From an uncultured delta proteobacterium (lineage in GTDB: Bacteria > Desulfobacterota > Binatia > UBA9968), in contig CAVSLC010000011.1 of NCBI GenBank assembly GCA_963728565.1, positions 128,001 through 192,000 of the forward strand: 64,000 bases of DNA, read 5' to 3'. This document shows, piece by piece, positions 41,785-52,385 of the stretch; position 1 is the first letter of the stretch, and every line of letters starts with the position of its first letter. The notes beneath the pieces were generated by a model, which worked only from the letters and a program-made list of their open reading frames with translations, was not told the origin of the DNA and made no database searches. Made by a program: the position numbers and the translations under genes.

Positions 41785-43398
41785 GTGATGCGCGAAAAAG
41801 ATAAAGAAGAAGTCAACCTGCGTAAGAGGGCGGAGGACTTGCTGAAAAAGACCGGCAAGAGCACGCCGCGGATCGTCAATCAACGTGCTGCCGAGGTGAT
41901 CCACGAATTGGATGTGCACCGTGTCGAACTGGAGATGCAAAATGAAGAGCTGCGCAGAAGTCAGGTGAGCGCGGAAGAGTCGCAGCGCAAGTATGCCGAG
42001 CTGTACGAATTTGCCCCCATTGGCTTTTGCAGCTTTGACCGAAAGGGACAGATTCAGCAGGTCAACCTCGCCTGTGCTCAGATGCTGCGCACAGAGAAGC
42101 GTTATCTGCATAAGAGATGGTTCCGGAGTTTTGTCAGTCCCGGGTTCCGGGATGAATTCGACCGGTTGTTTCACAAGCTTTTTCAACCCGGACATCGAGA
42201 ATCCTGCGAGTTGCAGCTCACGCGCCACGACGGCGGTCTAATCGATGTTGAATTGGTCGGGGGTGCGGTAGCCGATCCTGCTCTGGGCGTTGCGCATGAA
42301 AGCCAGGTCGCCATCCTCGACATTTCACAAAGAAAGAAGGCCGAAAGCTGGTTCCGCAGGCTGGTCGAAACAACCCAGGACGCGGTTTTATCCATCGACA
42401 GAAAAGGCAGAATCGTGCTGTTCAATGCGGCGGCAGAGCGAACTTTCGGCTATAGCAGGAACGAAATAGCGGGGCAAAAAGTAAACGTACTCATGTCGGA
42501 ACCCTATGTGTCGCAGCATGACGAATACATTGCTCGTTACGAGAGGACCGGCGAAGCTCACGCCATTGGCCGAATTCGCACTGTGACGGCGAAACGCAAG
42601 AACGGCGATCTGTTTCCCATTGAGCTGTCTGTCACCGAGATTCCAACCGACGAGGACGTTCACTATGCGGCGTTTATTCGCGATATATCGGACAAGACCC
42701 GGCTGCAGGAGCAATTGGTCGAAAGCGAGCGACTCGCGGCGATCGGCGCGACGGCAGCCAAAATCGCCCATGAGATTGCCAATCCGCTTAACAATATCTA
42801 TATGACCACTCAATTACTGGAGCGCGAGCTGGCGAAGGAGGAGATCCCGGTGCATGGACAGCTCGCATCCGATCTTAAGACTATCATCAGCGAGACTGCC
42901 CGTCTGAACGCATTGCTGCAGCAATTCCGCATGATCTCACGGAAGGAGACGTATGACTTTCATCCGGTAAGTATCGCTGCGCTGATCAAAGAGGTAGCGG
43001 ACACTTGCCGCGCGATTTGGGCGCATCAGAAAATTCATTTCGACCACCTCTCTGAGCCGAATCTCCCATCGATCTCTGCCGACCGTGACAAATTAAAACA
43101 GGTCCTCCTTAATCTCTACAAGAACGGCGCGGAGGCCATGCCCGGCGGCGGCAAGATCACCGTCAAGGCGTCGTCGACGGAAACTGGCGTTCTTGTTGAA
43201 ATTACTGACACCGGCACGGGGATTCCGCCGGATATGGATATCTTCGAACCCTTCGCCACGACCAAAATCGGCGGAACGGGTATCGGCATGGTGGTGGTTC
43301 GTCAAGTAGTCACGGCCCACGGCGGATCGATTACGTACCACAGTGAACCGGGCAAAGGGACGTCATTCTTCATTGCGTTACCGGCTTTAAAAAGTTAG
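41785..43398 (+). CDS. PAS-PAS histidine kinase with FixL-like heme-PAS
   Basis: ELEMQNEEL coil; LMSEPYVSQHDEYIARYERTGE; AHEIANPL H-box. Confidence 0.88.
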   Translation: MMREKDKEEVNLRKRAEDLLKKTGKSTPRIVNQRAAEVIHELDVHRVELEMQNEELRRSQVSAEESQRKYAELYEFAPIGFCSFDRKGQIQQVNLACAQMLRTEKRYLHKRWFRSFVSPGFRDEFDRLFHKLFQPGHRESCELQLTRHDGGLIDVELVGGAVADPALGVAHESQVAILDISQRKKAESWFRRLVETTQDAVLSIDRKGRIVLFNAAAERTFGYSRNEIAGQKVNVLMSEPYVSQHDEYIARYERTGEAHAIGRIRTVTAKRKNGDLFPIELSVTEIPTDEDVHYAAFIRDISDKTRLQEQLVESERLAAIGATAAKIAHEIANPLNNIYMTTQLLERELAKEEIPVHGQLASDLKTIISETARLNALLQQFRMISRKETYDFHPVSIAALIKEVADTCRAIWAHQKIHFDHLSEPNLPSISADRDKLKQVLLNLYKNGAEAMPGGGKITVKASSTETGVLVEITDTGTGIPPDMDIFEPFATTKIGGTGIGMVVVRQVVTAHGGSITYHSEPGKGTSFFIALPALKS

Positions 43399-43425
43399 AT
43401 CAAATGTTGCGCGGCGCCGCCGCAA

Positions 43426-44106
43426 TCAGGCGATTTGCGCGAGATAGTCGGTGAGCTTATTTTCTTTGATGACGAGAAAACGGTCTTTGTTGGTCTCGAT
43501 TAATCCCAGGTTGTGAAATCTTTGCATAAACAAGCTGATCCGGGGCCGGGTGGTCCCGACCATCTCCGACAATTCTTCGTGCGTAATCCTAAGCTCGATG
43601 CGAATACTGCGCGGGTCCTTCTTGCCCATGGTCCGGGCCAGCTGCAACAATGTCTGGCCCAGCCGCTGCTCGCTGTCGACCGTCACCAGATTGGCGATGA
43701 TCTGCTGCTGGTCGGCGATGCGCACGGCGAGGTAACGCACGAACCCCTGCCAGAGCGAATCCCGGCCTAAACGCGCGAAGAATTGAATGGAAGGTATTTG
43801 CTTTAAGCTCGTTGACTTCATCGCAGTGGCTGTCTCCAAGCGTTCGCCCAAACCGGAGAGGCACAGCTCGCCGAAGATGTCGCCCTCAGTGTGGATGCCC
43901 AGTATGCATTCTTTGCCTTCGCTGGAGAGCATTAACAGCTTTACTTGTCCGGTCTCGATAAAATAGATCATCCCGTCGCCATCGCCACTATTGTAGACAT
44001 TTTCATGTCGCGGGACTTTGACGGAGCGGGAATTGAGCGTTTCGTTCTGCAATGAATCGCGTAACTGTTGTTTGAACTTGTCTATCTCAGGATTATCTTG
44101 AATCAT
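43426..44106 (-). CDS. Crp/Fnr family transcriptional regulator
   Basis: cNMP-fold GDIFGE; HTH ITHEELSEMVGTTRPRISLFM. Confidence 0.92.
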   Translation of the reverse strand: MIQDNPEIDKFKQQLRDSLQNETLNSRSVKVPRHENVYNSGDGDGMIYFIETGQVKLLMLSSEGKECILGIHTEGDIFGELCLSGLGERLETATAMKSTSLKQIPSIQFFARLGRDSLWQGFVRYLAVRIADQQQIIANLVTVDSEQRLGQTLLQLARTMGKKDPRSIRIELRITHEELSEMVGTTRPRISLFMQRFHNLGLIETNKDRFLVIKENKLTDYLAQIA

Positions 44107-44229
44107 AATGGCTCCTTCCGATCCGCTCGATTATTGCGCGGGGCGGGTATGCCTCGCGCGACTCGGCGTCGTTGTTGCGAGCGATGGAGCGTGTTTTTGC
44201 TAGATATCTTTTTACCTCGAATATCTTGT

Positions 44230-44590
44230 TCAAGGTATCCCGAGCTTATCGCGTATCTCTTCCGCGTCAAGGCCGAGCCCAGCACAGATGCTCACAAATG
44301 AATACGGTGAATGCTGATCATCGCTGAAGAACCATCTCGTCGCCTCCTGCGCCCTGCGGCCGCTGCTGATGAGGCGAGCCGGCGAACTTTTCCTGAAAAC
44401 AGAGTAACGCATCCTCGAGCACGGCATACATCAGAGCTGTCTCCGGACACACGCTAGCGAGGCTGATTCGAGTATTGAAGAACTGTTCCGGAAGCGCGTT
44501 GATATTGGATCGTCGGTCATGCAAGCCGTGCCGTTGTCGAGCCTCGGACCGGCGATGTTTTGGGCTGACTGGGGCACGTTTGGAGTACAT
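44230..44590 (-). pseudogene. Conserved hypothetical protein, frameshifted
   Basis: LPEQFF...PETALMYAVLEDA in one frame; EATRWFFSDD...SFVSICAGLGLD in another. Confidence 0.55.
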
Positions 44591-44654
44591 ATCATTCTCC
44601 GATATTTAAATTCCAATGTGAGTTGATCATGGGTTCGCCGTTTGTGAATCGATT

Positions 44655-46112
44655 TTAACCGACACTGCCCTCAAGGCTGACGCCCAAAAGTTTCTGCGCC
44701 TCGACGGCAAATTCCATCGGCAGCTCGCGAAAGACCTGTTTACAAAAACCATTGACGATCAGAGTGACAGCGTCTTCAGGCGAAATGCCGCGCTGCCGGC
44801 AGTAGAAGAGCTGATCCTCACCGATCCTCGATGTCGAGGCCTCATGCTCCACCTGTGATGAGTTGTTCATCACCTCAAGGTAGGGGAAGGTATGCGCGCC
44901 GCATTTATCGCCCAGGAGCAACGAATCACATTGCGAATAATTGCGCGCACCGGCAGCGCCCTTCATGACCTTCACTAGCCCCCGATAGGTGTTCTGCCCG
45001 TGGCCGGCCGAGATTCCCTTCGAAATGATCGTGCTTTTGGTGTTCTTGCCAATATGGATCATCTTGGTGCCGGTATCGGCCTGCTGATAGTTGTTGGTGA
45101 GCGCCACCGAGTAAAATTCACCCACCGAGTTGTCGCCTTGCAGTATGCAGCTGGGATACTTCCAGGTAATTGCCGATCCGGTCTCCACCTGGGTCCAAGA
45201 GATCTTAGAGTTTTTACCCAGACACTTGCCGCGCTTGGTGACGAAATTGTAGATCCCCCCCTTGCCGTCCTTATCGCCCGGATACCAGTTCTGTACGGTC
45301 GAGTACTTGATCTGCGCGTTGTCCAGAGCAACCAGCTCCACCACGGCGGCATGCAGTTGATTTTCATCGCGCATCGGCGCCGTGCAGCCCTCAAGGTAGC
45401 TGACGGAACTACCCTCATCGGCAATGATCAAGGTGCGCTCAAATTGCCCTGTTTCAGCAGCATTGATGCGAAAGTAGGTCGAAAGTTCCATCGGACAGCG
45501 CACGCCTCTGGGGATGTAACAGAACGATCCATCACTGAAGACAGCGGCGTTCAAGGCGGCGAAAAAGTTATCGCTGTACGGCACCACCGAGCCAAGATAT
45601 TTTCTAACGATGACTGGATGCTTCTGCACCGCTTCCGAAAACGAACAAAAGATAACTCCCAACGACGCCAGCTTATCCTTGAATGTCGTCGCTACCGAAA
45701 CGCTGTCGAAGACTGCGTCAACGGCGACGCCGGTCAGCCATTTTTGCTCCAGCAACGGAATACCCAGCTTGTCATAGGTCTCGAGCAGCTTGGGATCGAC
45801 TTCTTCGAGACTCTTTGGCCCCACGTTGGTCTTGGGCGCCGAATAGTAGATGAGGTCCTGATAATCGATTGCCGGATAGTGGACATTGGCCCATTTTGGC
45901 TCGGCCTGAGACTTTGCCAGCTTGACCCAGTGGCGGTAGGCCTTTAGACGCCAGTCCAGCATAAAACTCGGTTCGTTCTTTTTGGCCGAAATCAAACGGA
46001 CAGTTCCCTCGTTGAGGCCGCGCGGCACGGTGTCAGTTTCAATTTCCGTAACAAACCCATACTTATATTCCTGGCTGACCAGGTCCTCGGTTGTTTGTGT
46101 GGCATTGTTCAT
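44655..46112 (-). CDS. sufB: Fe-S cluster assembly protein SufB
   Basis: [38 protein letters not shown]. Confidence 0.96.
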   Translation of the reverse strand: MNNATQTTEDLVSQEYKYGFVTEIETDTVPRGLNEGTVRLISAKKNEPSFMLDWRLKAYRHWVKLAKSQAEPKWANVHYPAIDYQDLIYYSAPKTNVGPKSLEEVDPKLLETYDKLGIPLLEQKWLTGVAVDAVFDSVSVATTFKDKLASLGVIFCSFSEAVQKHPVIVRKYLGSVVPYSDNFFAALNAAVFSDGSFCYIPRGVRCPMELSTYFRINAAETGQFERTLIIADEGSSVSYLEGCTAPMRDENQLHAAVVELVALDNAQIKYSTVQNWYPGDKDGKGGIYNFVTKRGKCLGKNSKISWTQVETGSAITWKYPSCILQGDNSVGEFYSVALTNNYQQADTGTKMIHIGKNTKSTIISKGISAGHGQNTYRGLVKVMKGAAGARNYSQCDSLLLGDKCGAHTFPYLEVMNNSSQVEHEASTSRIGEDQLFYCRQRGISPEDAVTLIVNGFCKQVFRELPMEFAVEAQKLLGVSLEGSVG

Positions 46113-46196
46113 GGCTGCAGTTTTCCTATTCAGGAGACTCGTTAGCGGCTCTCTACGTTAGTAACTTAAAAGTACACCGGCATCCGATGTAATTAC

Positions 46197-46212
46197 TGTC
46201 TAATAGTGAACG
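46197..46212 (-). promoter_or_regulatory. Crp-family-like palindrome CGTTC-ACTATT-AGACA upstream of sufB
   Basis: About 85 bp upstream of the sufB ATG, with a TACTTT -10-like element downstream. Confidence 0.65.
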
Positions 46213-46371
46213 ATTTCAGAGTCTCAAGACTCCAGAGCAGGTCGGCGGCGTACGCCGCGGCATCAAAGCGAGTTGGCCGGCAACCAGCCTTACACCATTC
46301 GTTGAGTTCCCGGGCTGGTCAGGCTCTGCTGCTTCTGAGGAATTCGCGTTAGATCAGGTAGATACGCTTAT

Positions 46372-46710
46372 TTAATTCTGTTTAACCTTTGCAAAGCAGC
46401 GATCGAAAAACGCTCCCAAGGGACCGCGCGCCGCCTTTCTCATAATTCCATGCAGCTCGGCTGGTTTTAGCCAAATGCCTTGACAGCTGTCACAGCGGTG
46501 TAGGACAAAGCCCATGAAGCCATACTTTTCGAGTTTGCCCGCGCACATGGGACAGTTACCGACCTGTCTTTCCCGTCTGGCTGCTTCAGCGTTTTGAAAG
46601 TCGACCTTCATCTCGTCAATGCGTTCATGCTCTTTTAACGCAAAATACCTGTCTTCGTTGGCTCGCTCGTCAAACTCTACGTTTTCACCGAAGCGATTTT
46701 GATTTTTCAT
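46372..46710 (-). CDS. zf-TFIIB-type zinc-finger protein
   Basis: CPMC...CDSCQGIWL. Confidence 0.8.
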   Translation of the reverse strand: MKNQNRFGENVEFDERANEDRYFALKEHERIDEMKVDFQNAEAARRERQVGNCPMCAGKLEKYGFMGFVLHRCDSCQGIWLKPAELHGIMRKAARGPLGAFFDRCFAKVKQN

Positions 46711-46816
46711 GGCTCTACCTCATTTTTAATAACTCTTGGCCTGACGCAAAATTGCATTCCGCCTCAATCTAATTCTGCTCTTCTCGTCGGCCCCTTTGCT
46801 TCCCAATCCCAGTGAT

Positions 46817-47143
46817 TCAGGCGCTAAAAGAGGTGCCACATCCACAGGTGCTCTTCACGTTGGGATTGATAAATATGAAGCCCGATTGCATTAGGTCGTC
46901 TTTATAATCGAGCTCCGTTCCGTTCAGATGAACGGCGCTAGTTGCATCAAGCAAGATGCGCGCGCCGTTTTTCTCAATGACCCGATCTTGCGCTGTGGGT
47001 GCATCGATAGCCATCTTGTACTCAAAGCCCGAACAGCCGCCGGCGACAACTTTGAGACGCAACCCCTTTTCGTCGCTGTTTCCAGCGAGAAGTTGCCGAA
47101 TCTTTTCGGCGGCGCGATCGCTGAGGGTAATTTCCCCGACCAT
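46817..47143 (-). CDS. HesB/IscA family A-type Fe-S carrier
   Basis: GGCSGFEY, CGCGTSF. Confidence 0.92.
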   Translation of the reverse strand: MVGEITLSDRAAEKIRQLLAGNSDEKGLRLKVVAGGCSGFEYKMAIDAPTAQDRVIEKNGARILLDATSAVHLNGTELDYKDDLMQSGFIFINPNVKSTCGCGTSFSA

Positions 47144-47161
47144 ATTGAGTATCTCCTTTGC

Positions 47162-47668
47162 TTAGATTGCGAGCTCCGGCTCGTGATGAGTTTTCTTAAC
47201 GAGCCATTTTTCGCGCATGATCTTGTCCTGGATCCTGAGCAGTCCTTCTGTAAGCGCTTCAGGCCTTGGCGGGCATCCAGGAACGTAGACGTCGACGGGG
47301 ACGATCTTGTCGACGCCTTTACAAACCGAGTAGGCCAGCTGAAAAAGTCCACCACAGCTGGCGCAGCTTCCCATTGCGATGACGTATTTGGGATCCGGCA
47401 TCTGATCATAGAGAAGCTTGGTGCGCTTGGCCATTTTATAAGTGAGCGTTCCGGCGACGATCATAAGATCCGATTGACGGGGTGTGGCGCGCGGCACCGC
47501 GCCGAAGCGGTCGACATCAGCGCGCGGTCCTCCCGTTTGCATTAACTCGATGGCGCAGCAGGCCAAGCCGAAAAGCATGTACCACTGCGACGAGGCTCGG
47601 CCCCAATTAAGAAGATCGTCTACCTTCGTGGTCAACACGTTTTCAGGCAACTGGTTTAGTAGTGACGT
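47162..47668 (-). CDS. nuoB: NADH-quinone oxidoreductase subunit B, orphan copy
   Basis: [26 protein letters not shown]; RBS AAGGAGG precedes in-frame ACG at 47668, with an alternative TTG at 47650. Confidence 0.9.
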   Translation of the reverse strand, partial: TSLLNQLPENVLTTKVDDLLNWGRASSQWYMLFGLACCAIELMQTGGPRADVDRFGAVPRATPRQSDLMIVAGTLTYKMAKRTKLLYDQMPDPKYVIAMGSCASCGGLFQLAYSVCKGVDKIVPVDVYVPGCPPRPEALTEGLLRIQDKIMREKWLVKKTHHEPELAI

Positions 47669-47954
47669 AAAAGCCTCCTTGATACCCAGCGACGACCGTA
47701 CCGTGTCGGAGCGATGCCAGCAGGTCCGATCGTTGGTGTAAGTGCGATCCTGGAAGGAGAGGACGATGTTCCGCTATTGATCGCCCTTACCTTGCGTTGA
47801 TATGCCGCTGCTGAGACGAGAACTGTACGCGGCCAATGACTGATGACCGCCGCGGAAGAATTTTCGTGAAAGTCTCTCGAATCTCCTGTGAACCCGCGCC
47901 CTACTCATAATCGCCTGCGGATTGTAGAGTTGATAACGGTAAGAGCAAACTTTA

Positions 47955-47979
47955 AGTGTGGACCTAATAAGTCCATGTT
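47955..47979. promoter_or_regulatory. Rrf2/IscR-like palindrome TGGAC-N7-GTCCA
   Basis: TGGACCTAATAAGTCCA upstream of nuoB-iscA-sufB. Confidence 0.4.
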
Positions 47980-48246
47980 GCAATAGACACCTAGCTACTC
48001 TTGGAGTATTGCAGGCTAAACAACAACGCGCTCTGCCGGTGTGAGTGAAGATGGGTTCGGCTCGAAGTGGGGAGTCAACCTCAAGCGGGTTGTGAAAGGC
48101 CTCGGGGCAGTCTAGTTTGCCTCTGGCGGCAAACGCCAAATTTAACCATCGTCCGTCGGATGGACGTGTGGCGGGCAGAATATCAGCGGCGAGCGCTACC
48201 GATCACGCCGCTGTAAGATAGTGTGTCCCTCAACAGAGCAATGATT

Positions 48247-48690
48247 ATGAAAAAATACAAAAAAATTCCCCAAGTTGGATCGGTTATGACGCCGTTTCCC
48301 TATTCTGTCGATACCGATGATACGATTGCAGAAGTCGAACGCCTCATGGATGAGCACCAGATTCGTCATATTCCCGTCCAACAGGATGGCCGGGTGGTCG
48401 GAATCATTTCGGAACGGGATGTCTATCGTTTGCTCGAACGCTTCCTGCCACAGGCGCAAAAGGAGCAGATTCGAGCTCGCGATATAATGATCGCTGATCC
48501 GTACGTTGTTTCATTCGAGGCGCCGCTAAATGAGATTGCTCTTGAAATGGCAAAACGCCACATAGGCTCCGTCATCATTCTTCATCACGAAAAACTTGCG
48601 GGTATCGTATCGGCAACCGACATATGCCGTATTCTGGCCGAAATATTCGAGGCGGAATTTTCCGATCACACGGTGGATGACATCGCATAA
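48247..48690 (+). CDS. CBS domain protein
   Basis: IRHIPV...GIISERD and HIGSV...GIVSATD CBS pair. Confidence 0.9.
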   Translation: MKKYKKIPQVGSVMTPFPYSVDTDDTIAEVERLMDEHQIRHIPVQQDGRVVGIISERDVYRLLERFLPQAQKEQIRARDIMIADPYVVSFEAPLNEIALEMAKRHIGSVIILHHEKLAGIVSATDICRILAEIFEAEFSDHTVDDIA

Positions 48691-48762
48691 AGCTCGGGTG
48701 TCGCAATAGGGCTTTATTGCTAACGATTTCCATCCGACGCCGGTATCTGCTATGGTGCGGCT

Positions 48763-48951
48763 ATGGGAAATCAAACATATCAGAAGCGTCAGAAAGAGTT
48801 GGCGCGGTCACAAAAGAAAAAGGACAAGGCTGCGCGCCGGATACAACGGAAAACGGAAAAGGTAAAAGGCGGGCCGCCGTTGGAGGACGATCCCATGACC
48901 GGCGGCCGAATGACCTCCGAGTCAAGCCTGCAATCTTCTCCTGCCGTTTGA
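48763..48951 (+). CDS. Small basic hypothetical protein
   Basis: MGNQTYQKRQKELARSQKKKDK; lies before the RRM gene. Confidence 0.6.
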   Translation: MGNQTYQKRQKELARSQKKKDKAARRIQRKTEKVKGGPPLEDDPMTGGRMTSESSLQSSPAV

Positions 48952-49051
48952 GAAGGACCGCTCTCCTCGGCAACTAACCAGTCCTCCGGAAGCACGATCT
49001 GCGCCTCTGCAGAACGTGTGTCGGCGCTGCAATAGCCGCCTCGGAACTTAG

Positions 49052-49080
49052 TTGACATCATTCCGGTTTATACATAGGTT
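49052..49080 (+). promoter_or_regulatory. Sigma70-like promoter for the RRM gene
   Basis: TTGACA-17bp-TAGGTT, about 200 nt upstream of the ATG. Confidence 0.55.
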
Positions 49081-49279
49081 GAGTTATCTTCTTCAGTAAA
49101 AGGCCTTCTGAGGAAAATAAAAGGCGCGAAGGCCTCTGATCAGTCTCTCTCCTTGCGAAGCAATCTATGAATGAGAATCCGACCGGAGCGTGGTAGAATC
49201 CCAGTTTACCCATGTTCTGCCCATTTGCAGTGCGGTTCTCAGGGTCAAAGACAATAACATTCTCTCATAGGAGGAGAAC

Positions 49280-49594
49280 ATGGGTAGTAAATTATATGTC
49301 GGCGGATTGCCTTATTCCGTAACCGAGGGACGCTTACAAGAACTTTTTTCGGCGCACGGTACGGTAGAATCCGCGAATGTCATCTCGGATAAATTTACCG
49401 GGCAATCACGAGGTTTCGGTTTTGTCGAGATGAGCTCGTCTGGCGAGGCGCAAAGAGCGATTTCCGCGATGAATGGTACGCAATTGGATGGCCGCACTCT
49501 GACTGTTAATGAAGCCAAGCCGCAGGCCAGGCGCGATGGCGGCGGGGGCGGCGAAGGCCGCGGCAACCGCGATGGCGGCCGTAACCGCTGGTAA
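49280..49594 (+). CDS. RRM RNA-binding protein with Gly-rich tail
   Basis: RNP2 LYVGGL, RNP1 RGFGFVEM. Confidence 0.95.
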   Translation: MGSKLYVGGLPYSVTEGRLQELFSAHGTVESANVISDKFTGQSRGFGFVEMSSSGEAQRAISAMNGTQLDGRTLTVNEAKPQARRDGGGGGEGRGNRDGGRNRW

Positions 49595-49617
49595 TTTCGC
49601 AGTCCTCTAAGGGGATC

Positions 49618-49654
49618 AAAATAGGGGGCAACGGTCGGGTGCCCCCTATTTTTT
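49618..49654 (+). terminator. Rho-independent terminator
   Basis: AAAATAGGGGGCA-loop-TGCCCCCTATTTTTT. Confidence 0.85.
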
Positions 49655-50096
49655 TGTAAAGCCTTTCGGCTATCTCGCGTCCTCATCCAGCGTTGATTCA
49701 GATCGATGCTGAACCGATTGCTTCACATGTGGAAAAATTTACATCCGTCACGCCGACTCTCCTTTCGCGCGAGCACGAGCTCTCACCTCAAAGGTGAACG
49801 GTTTCAGCCCATCCTGAAATGATTAAGCGGGTCGGCGGTAATGAGAGGTAATCCGCGCGAAGGATCAATCTTTACGGTATAGCATTCGACACGTGTTGAC
49901 TTCAGGGGGTATCTTTATCGTCGGGGTCTGTTATAGTCAGCGCGATGTAACTACTGGCAAGCCAAAGTCCAAAATTGAATTCGCTCGGTCCAATTCGGCC
50001 GAGTTTCAAAGAGGCGGCCCCTAGGGTAACCGCCTCTTTACATTTTTCATCCGGGAATAACAAAATCGTCGCGGCTGCCAAGAAGAAGATTCCATT

Positions 50097-52385
50097 ATGC
50101 AACAGAACTCCAGCCATTCCCCCATCAAACGCATCGCATTCATTGGCAATTACCTACCGCGCCAATGCGGCATCGCCACATTCACGACGGACTTGTGCGA
50201 AGCTATCGCCGCCGAACACAGTGACACGACCTGCATTGCCGTGCCGGTTAACGATATCGAAGGCGGCTATGCCTATCCTTCACGTGTTCGCTTCGAGCTG
50301 GTGGAGAAAGATATCGAGTCGTATCACCGCGCCGCCGACTTCTTGAACATCAACAGCGTGGATCTGGTATCTCTCCAATTTGAATACGGCATCTTCGGTG
50401 GACGGACAGGGTCCCACATCCTGGCGCTGCTGCGTGAGCTGCGCATGCCCATCGTGACGACTCTGCACACAATATTGCGCGAACCGGACCAACATCAACG
50501 CCGGGTTCTGGAAGAAGTTGCCGCATTGTCGGATCGGTTGGTCGTCATGACCAGGCGAGGTGCGGAATTCCTCGAAGAAATTTACCGTGTATCGCCGGAC
50601 AAGATCGATATAATTCCGCACGGTATTCCGGACATCCCTTTTGTCGACCCTAGTTTTCACAAAGACCTTTTCGGCGTCGAAGGCAAAACGGTTTTGCTCA
50701 GTTTTGGTTTGCTGTCGGCGAACAAGGGAATCGAGAATGTCATTGCCGCTCTGCCCGCTATCTTGGCCAAACATCCGAACGTGGTGTATTTTATCGTCGG
50801 GGCCACTCATCCCCACGTTTTGAGGCACGACGGCGAAGCCTATCGTTTGTCACTGCAGTGGCTGGCCCAAGAGAAAGGCGTAGAAGGTCAGGTGATCTTC
50901 TACAACCGGTTTGTCAGTTTAGAGGAGCTCGTTGAGTTTATCGGCGTCACGGATATTTACATCACCCCTTATCTCAATCCCGCCCAGATCGTTTCCGGTA
51001 CGCTCGCTTATACCGTGGGTGCTGGCAAGGCCGTTATTTCGACCCCGTACTGGCATGCCGAAGAGATGCTGGCCGAAGAGCGCGGCGTGCTGGTACCGTT
51101 TCGAGATTCGACGGCGTTGGCCGAGCAGGTTATTGAATTATTGGATAACGAGGCGAAGCGCAACGCAATGCGCAAGCGCGCCTATCTGTACGGCCGCGAG
51201 ATGATCTGGCCGCAAGTCGCGCATCAATACATGAATAGTTTTCAACGGGCTAAGGTAGAACGGCGCCACTTCAGTCCTCCCGGCTTCGTGGTCAAAGCGT
51301 TGGATAAAAGTCCGGCCGAGCTGCCGCCCCTGAAACTTGATCACTTACGCCGTATGACCGACGACACCGGCATGTTGCAGCATGCTATATTTACCGTGCC
51401 CAACTACTGCGAAGGCTACACGATCGACGATAACGCTCGCGCTTTGATGGTGAGCACGCTGTTAGAAGAACTTGGCACTGAAGAAACGGCGGACTTAACC
51501 TCACGTTATTTCGCTTTTGTCTGGTATGCCTTCAATACCGAAACCCGGCGCTTTCGCAACTTCATGAGCTATCAGCGCAACTGGTTGGAAAAAAATGGTT
51601 CCGATGACAGCCACGGCCGAACCTTATGGGCGCTAGGTACCGTGCTGGGCCGCTCCAATACGCCTGCCCTCCAGAGTATGGCCGGCTGGGTCTTTGAAAA
51701 AGCGCTACCCGCCATTCTGAAGACCACTAGCCCACGGGCATGGGCGTTCGCGCTGCTCGGCATCGATGAATATCTGCACCGCTTTGCCGGTGACCGCAGA
51801 GTCACCCAAACGCGTGAGGAATTGGCCGGGCGGCTGCTCAGGTTGTATCAAAAAAATCGCGCGGAGGAATGGCACTGGTATGAGGAGTCGCTGACCTACT
51901 GCAATGCTGCGCTGCCGCATGCATTACTTATGTGCGGACACGGAATGCCGAACAATTCCATGACCGACGCCGCTCTGGAATCGCTCAAATGGTTGGCCAA
52001 TTTGCAGCGCGCCGACACCAGTGGAGGTCATTTCGTGCCTATCGGCTCGAACGGATTTTATCGACGCGGAGGCGAGCGTGCGCGCTTCGATCAGCAGCCG
52101 GTGGAGGCACAAGCCATGGTATCGGCCTGCCTCGCCGCACATCGGGTGACGGGAGATAAGAATTGGCACAAAGAAGCGCGGCGCGCCTTTGACTGGTTTC
52201 TCGGGCGCAACGATTTGAATCTGCCGATTTACGATCCGACAACCGGCGGATGCCGCGACGGCTTGCATCCGGATCGCCCGAACGAAAATCAAGGCGCTGA
52301 ATCCTCGCTCGCCTTTCTCCAGGCGGTGCTCGAACTACGCTTGGCTGAGACGAACTTACTATCCGTTGAAACAGGAGCTCGATGA
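50097..52385 (+). CDS. GT4 glycosyltransferase fused to a C-terminal glycosidase-like domain
   Basis: PRQCGIATFT, SFGLLSANKGIE, YTIDDNARAL, FDQQPVEA, NQGAES. Confidence 0.9.
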   Translation: MQQNSSHSPIKRIAFIGNYLPRQCGIATFTTDLCEAIAAEHSDTTCIAVPVNDIEGGYAYPSRVRFELVEKDIESYHRAADFLNINSVDLVSLQFEYGIFGGRTGSHILALLRELRMPIVTTLHTILREPDQHQRRVLEEVAALSDRLVVMTRRGAEFLEEIYRVSPDKIDIIPHGIPDIPFVDPSFHKDLFGVEGKTVLLSFGLLSANKGIENVIAALPAILAKHPNVVYFIVGATHPHVLRHDGEAYRLSLQWLAQEKGVEGQVIFYNRFVSLEELVEFIGVTDIYITPYLNPAQIVSGTLAYTVGAGKAVISTPYWHAEEMLAEERGVLVPFRDSTALAEQVIELLDNEAKRNAMRKRAYLYGREMIWPQVAHQYMNSFQRAKVERRHFSPPGFVVKALDKSPAELPPLKLDHLRRMTDDTGMLQHAIFTVPNYCEGYTIDDNARALMVSTLLEELGTEETADLTSRYFAFVWYAFNTETRRFRNFMSYQRNWLEKNGSDDSHGRTLWALGTVLGRSNTPALQSMAGWVFEKALPAILKTTSPRAWAFALLGIDEYLHRFAGDRRVTQTREELAGRLLRLYQKNRAEEWHWYEESLTYCNAALPHALLMCGHGMPNNSMTDAALESLKWLANLQRADTSGGHFVPIGSNGFYRRGGERARFDQQPVEAQAMVSACLAAHRVTGDKNWHKEARRAFDWFLGRNDLNLPIYDPTTGGCRDGLHPDRPNENQGAESSLAFLQAVLELRLAETNLLSVETGAR

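Noticed and set aside
45000-45947. 315-aa plus-strand ORF and many similar antisense ORFs
   Set aside because: Shadow frames opposite well-supported genes in GC-rich DNA.
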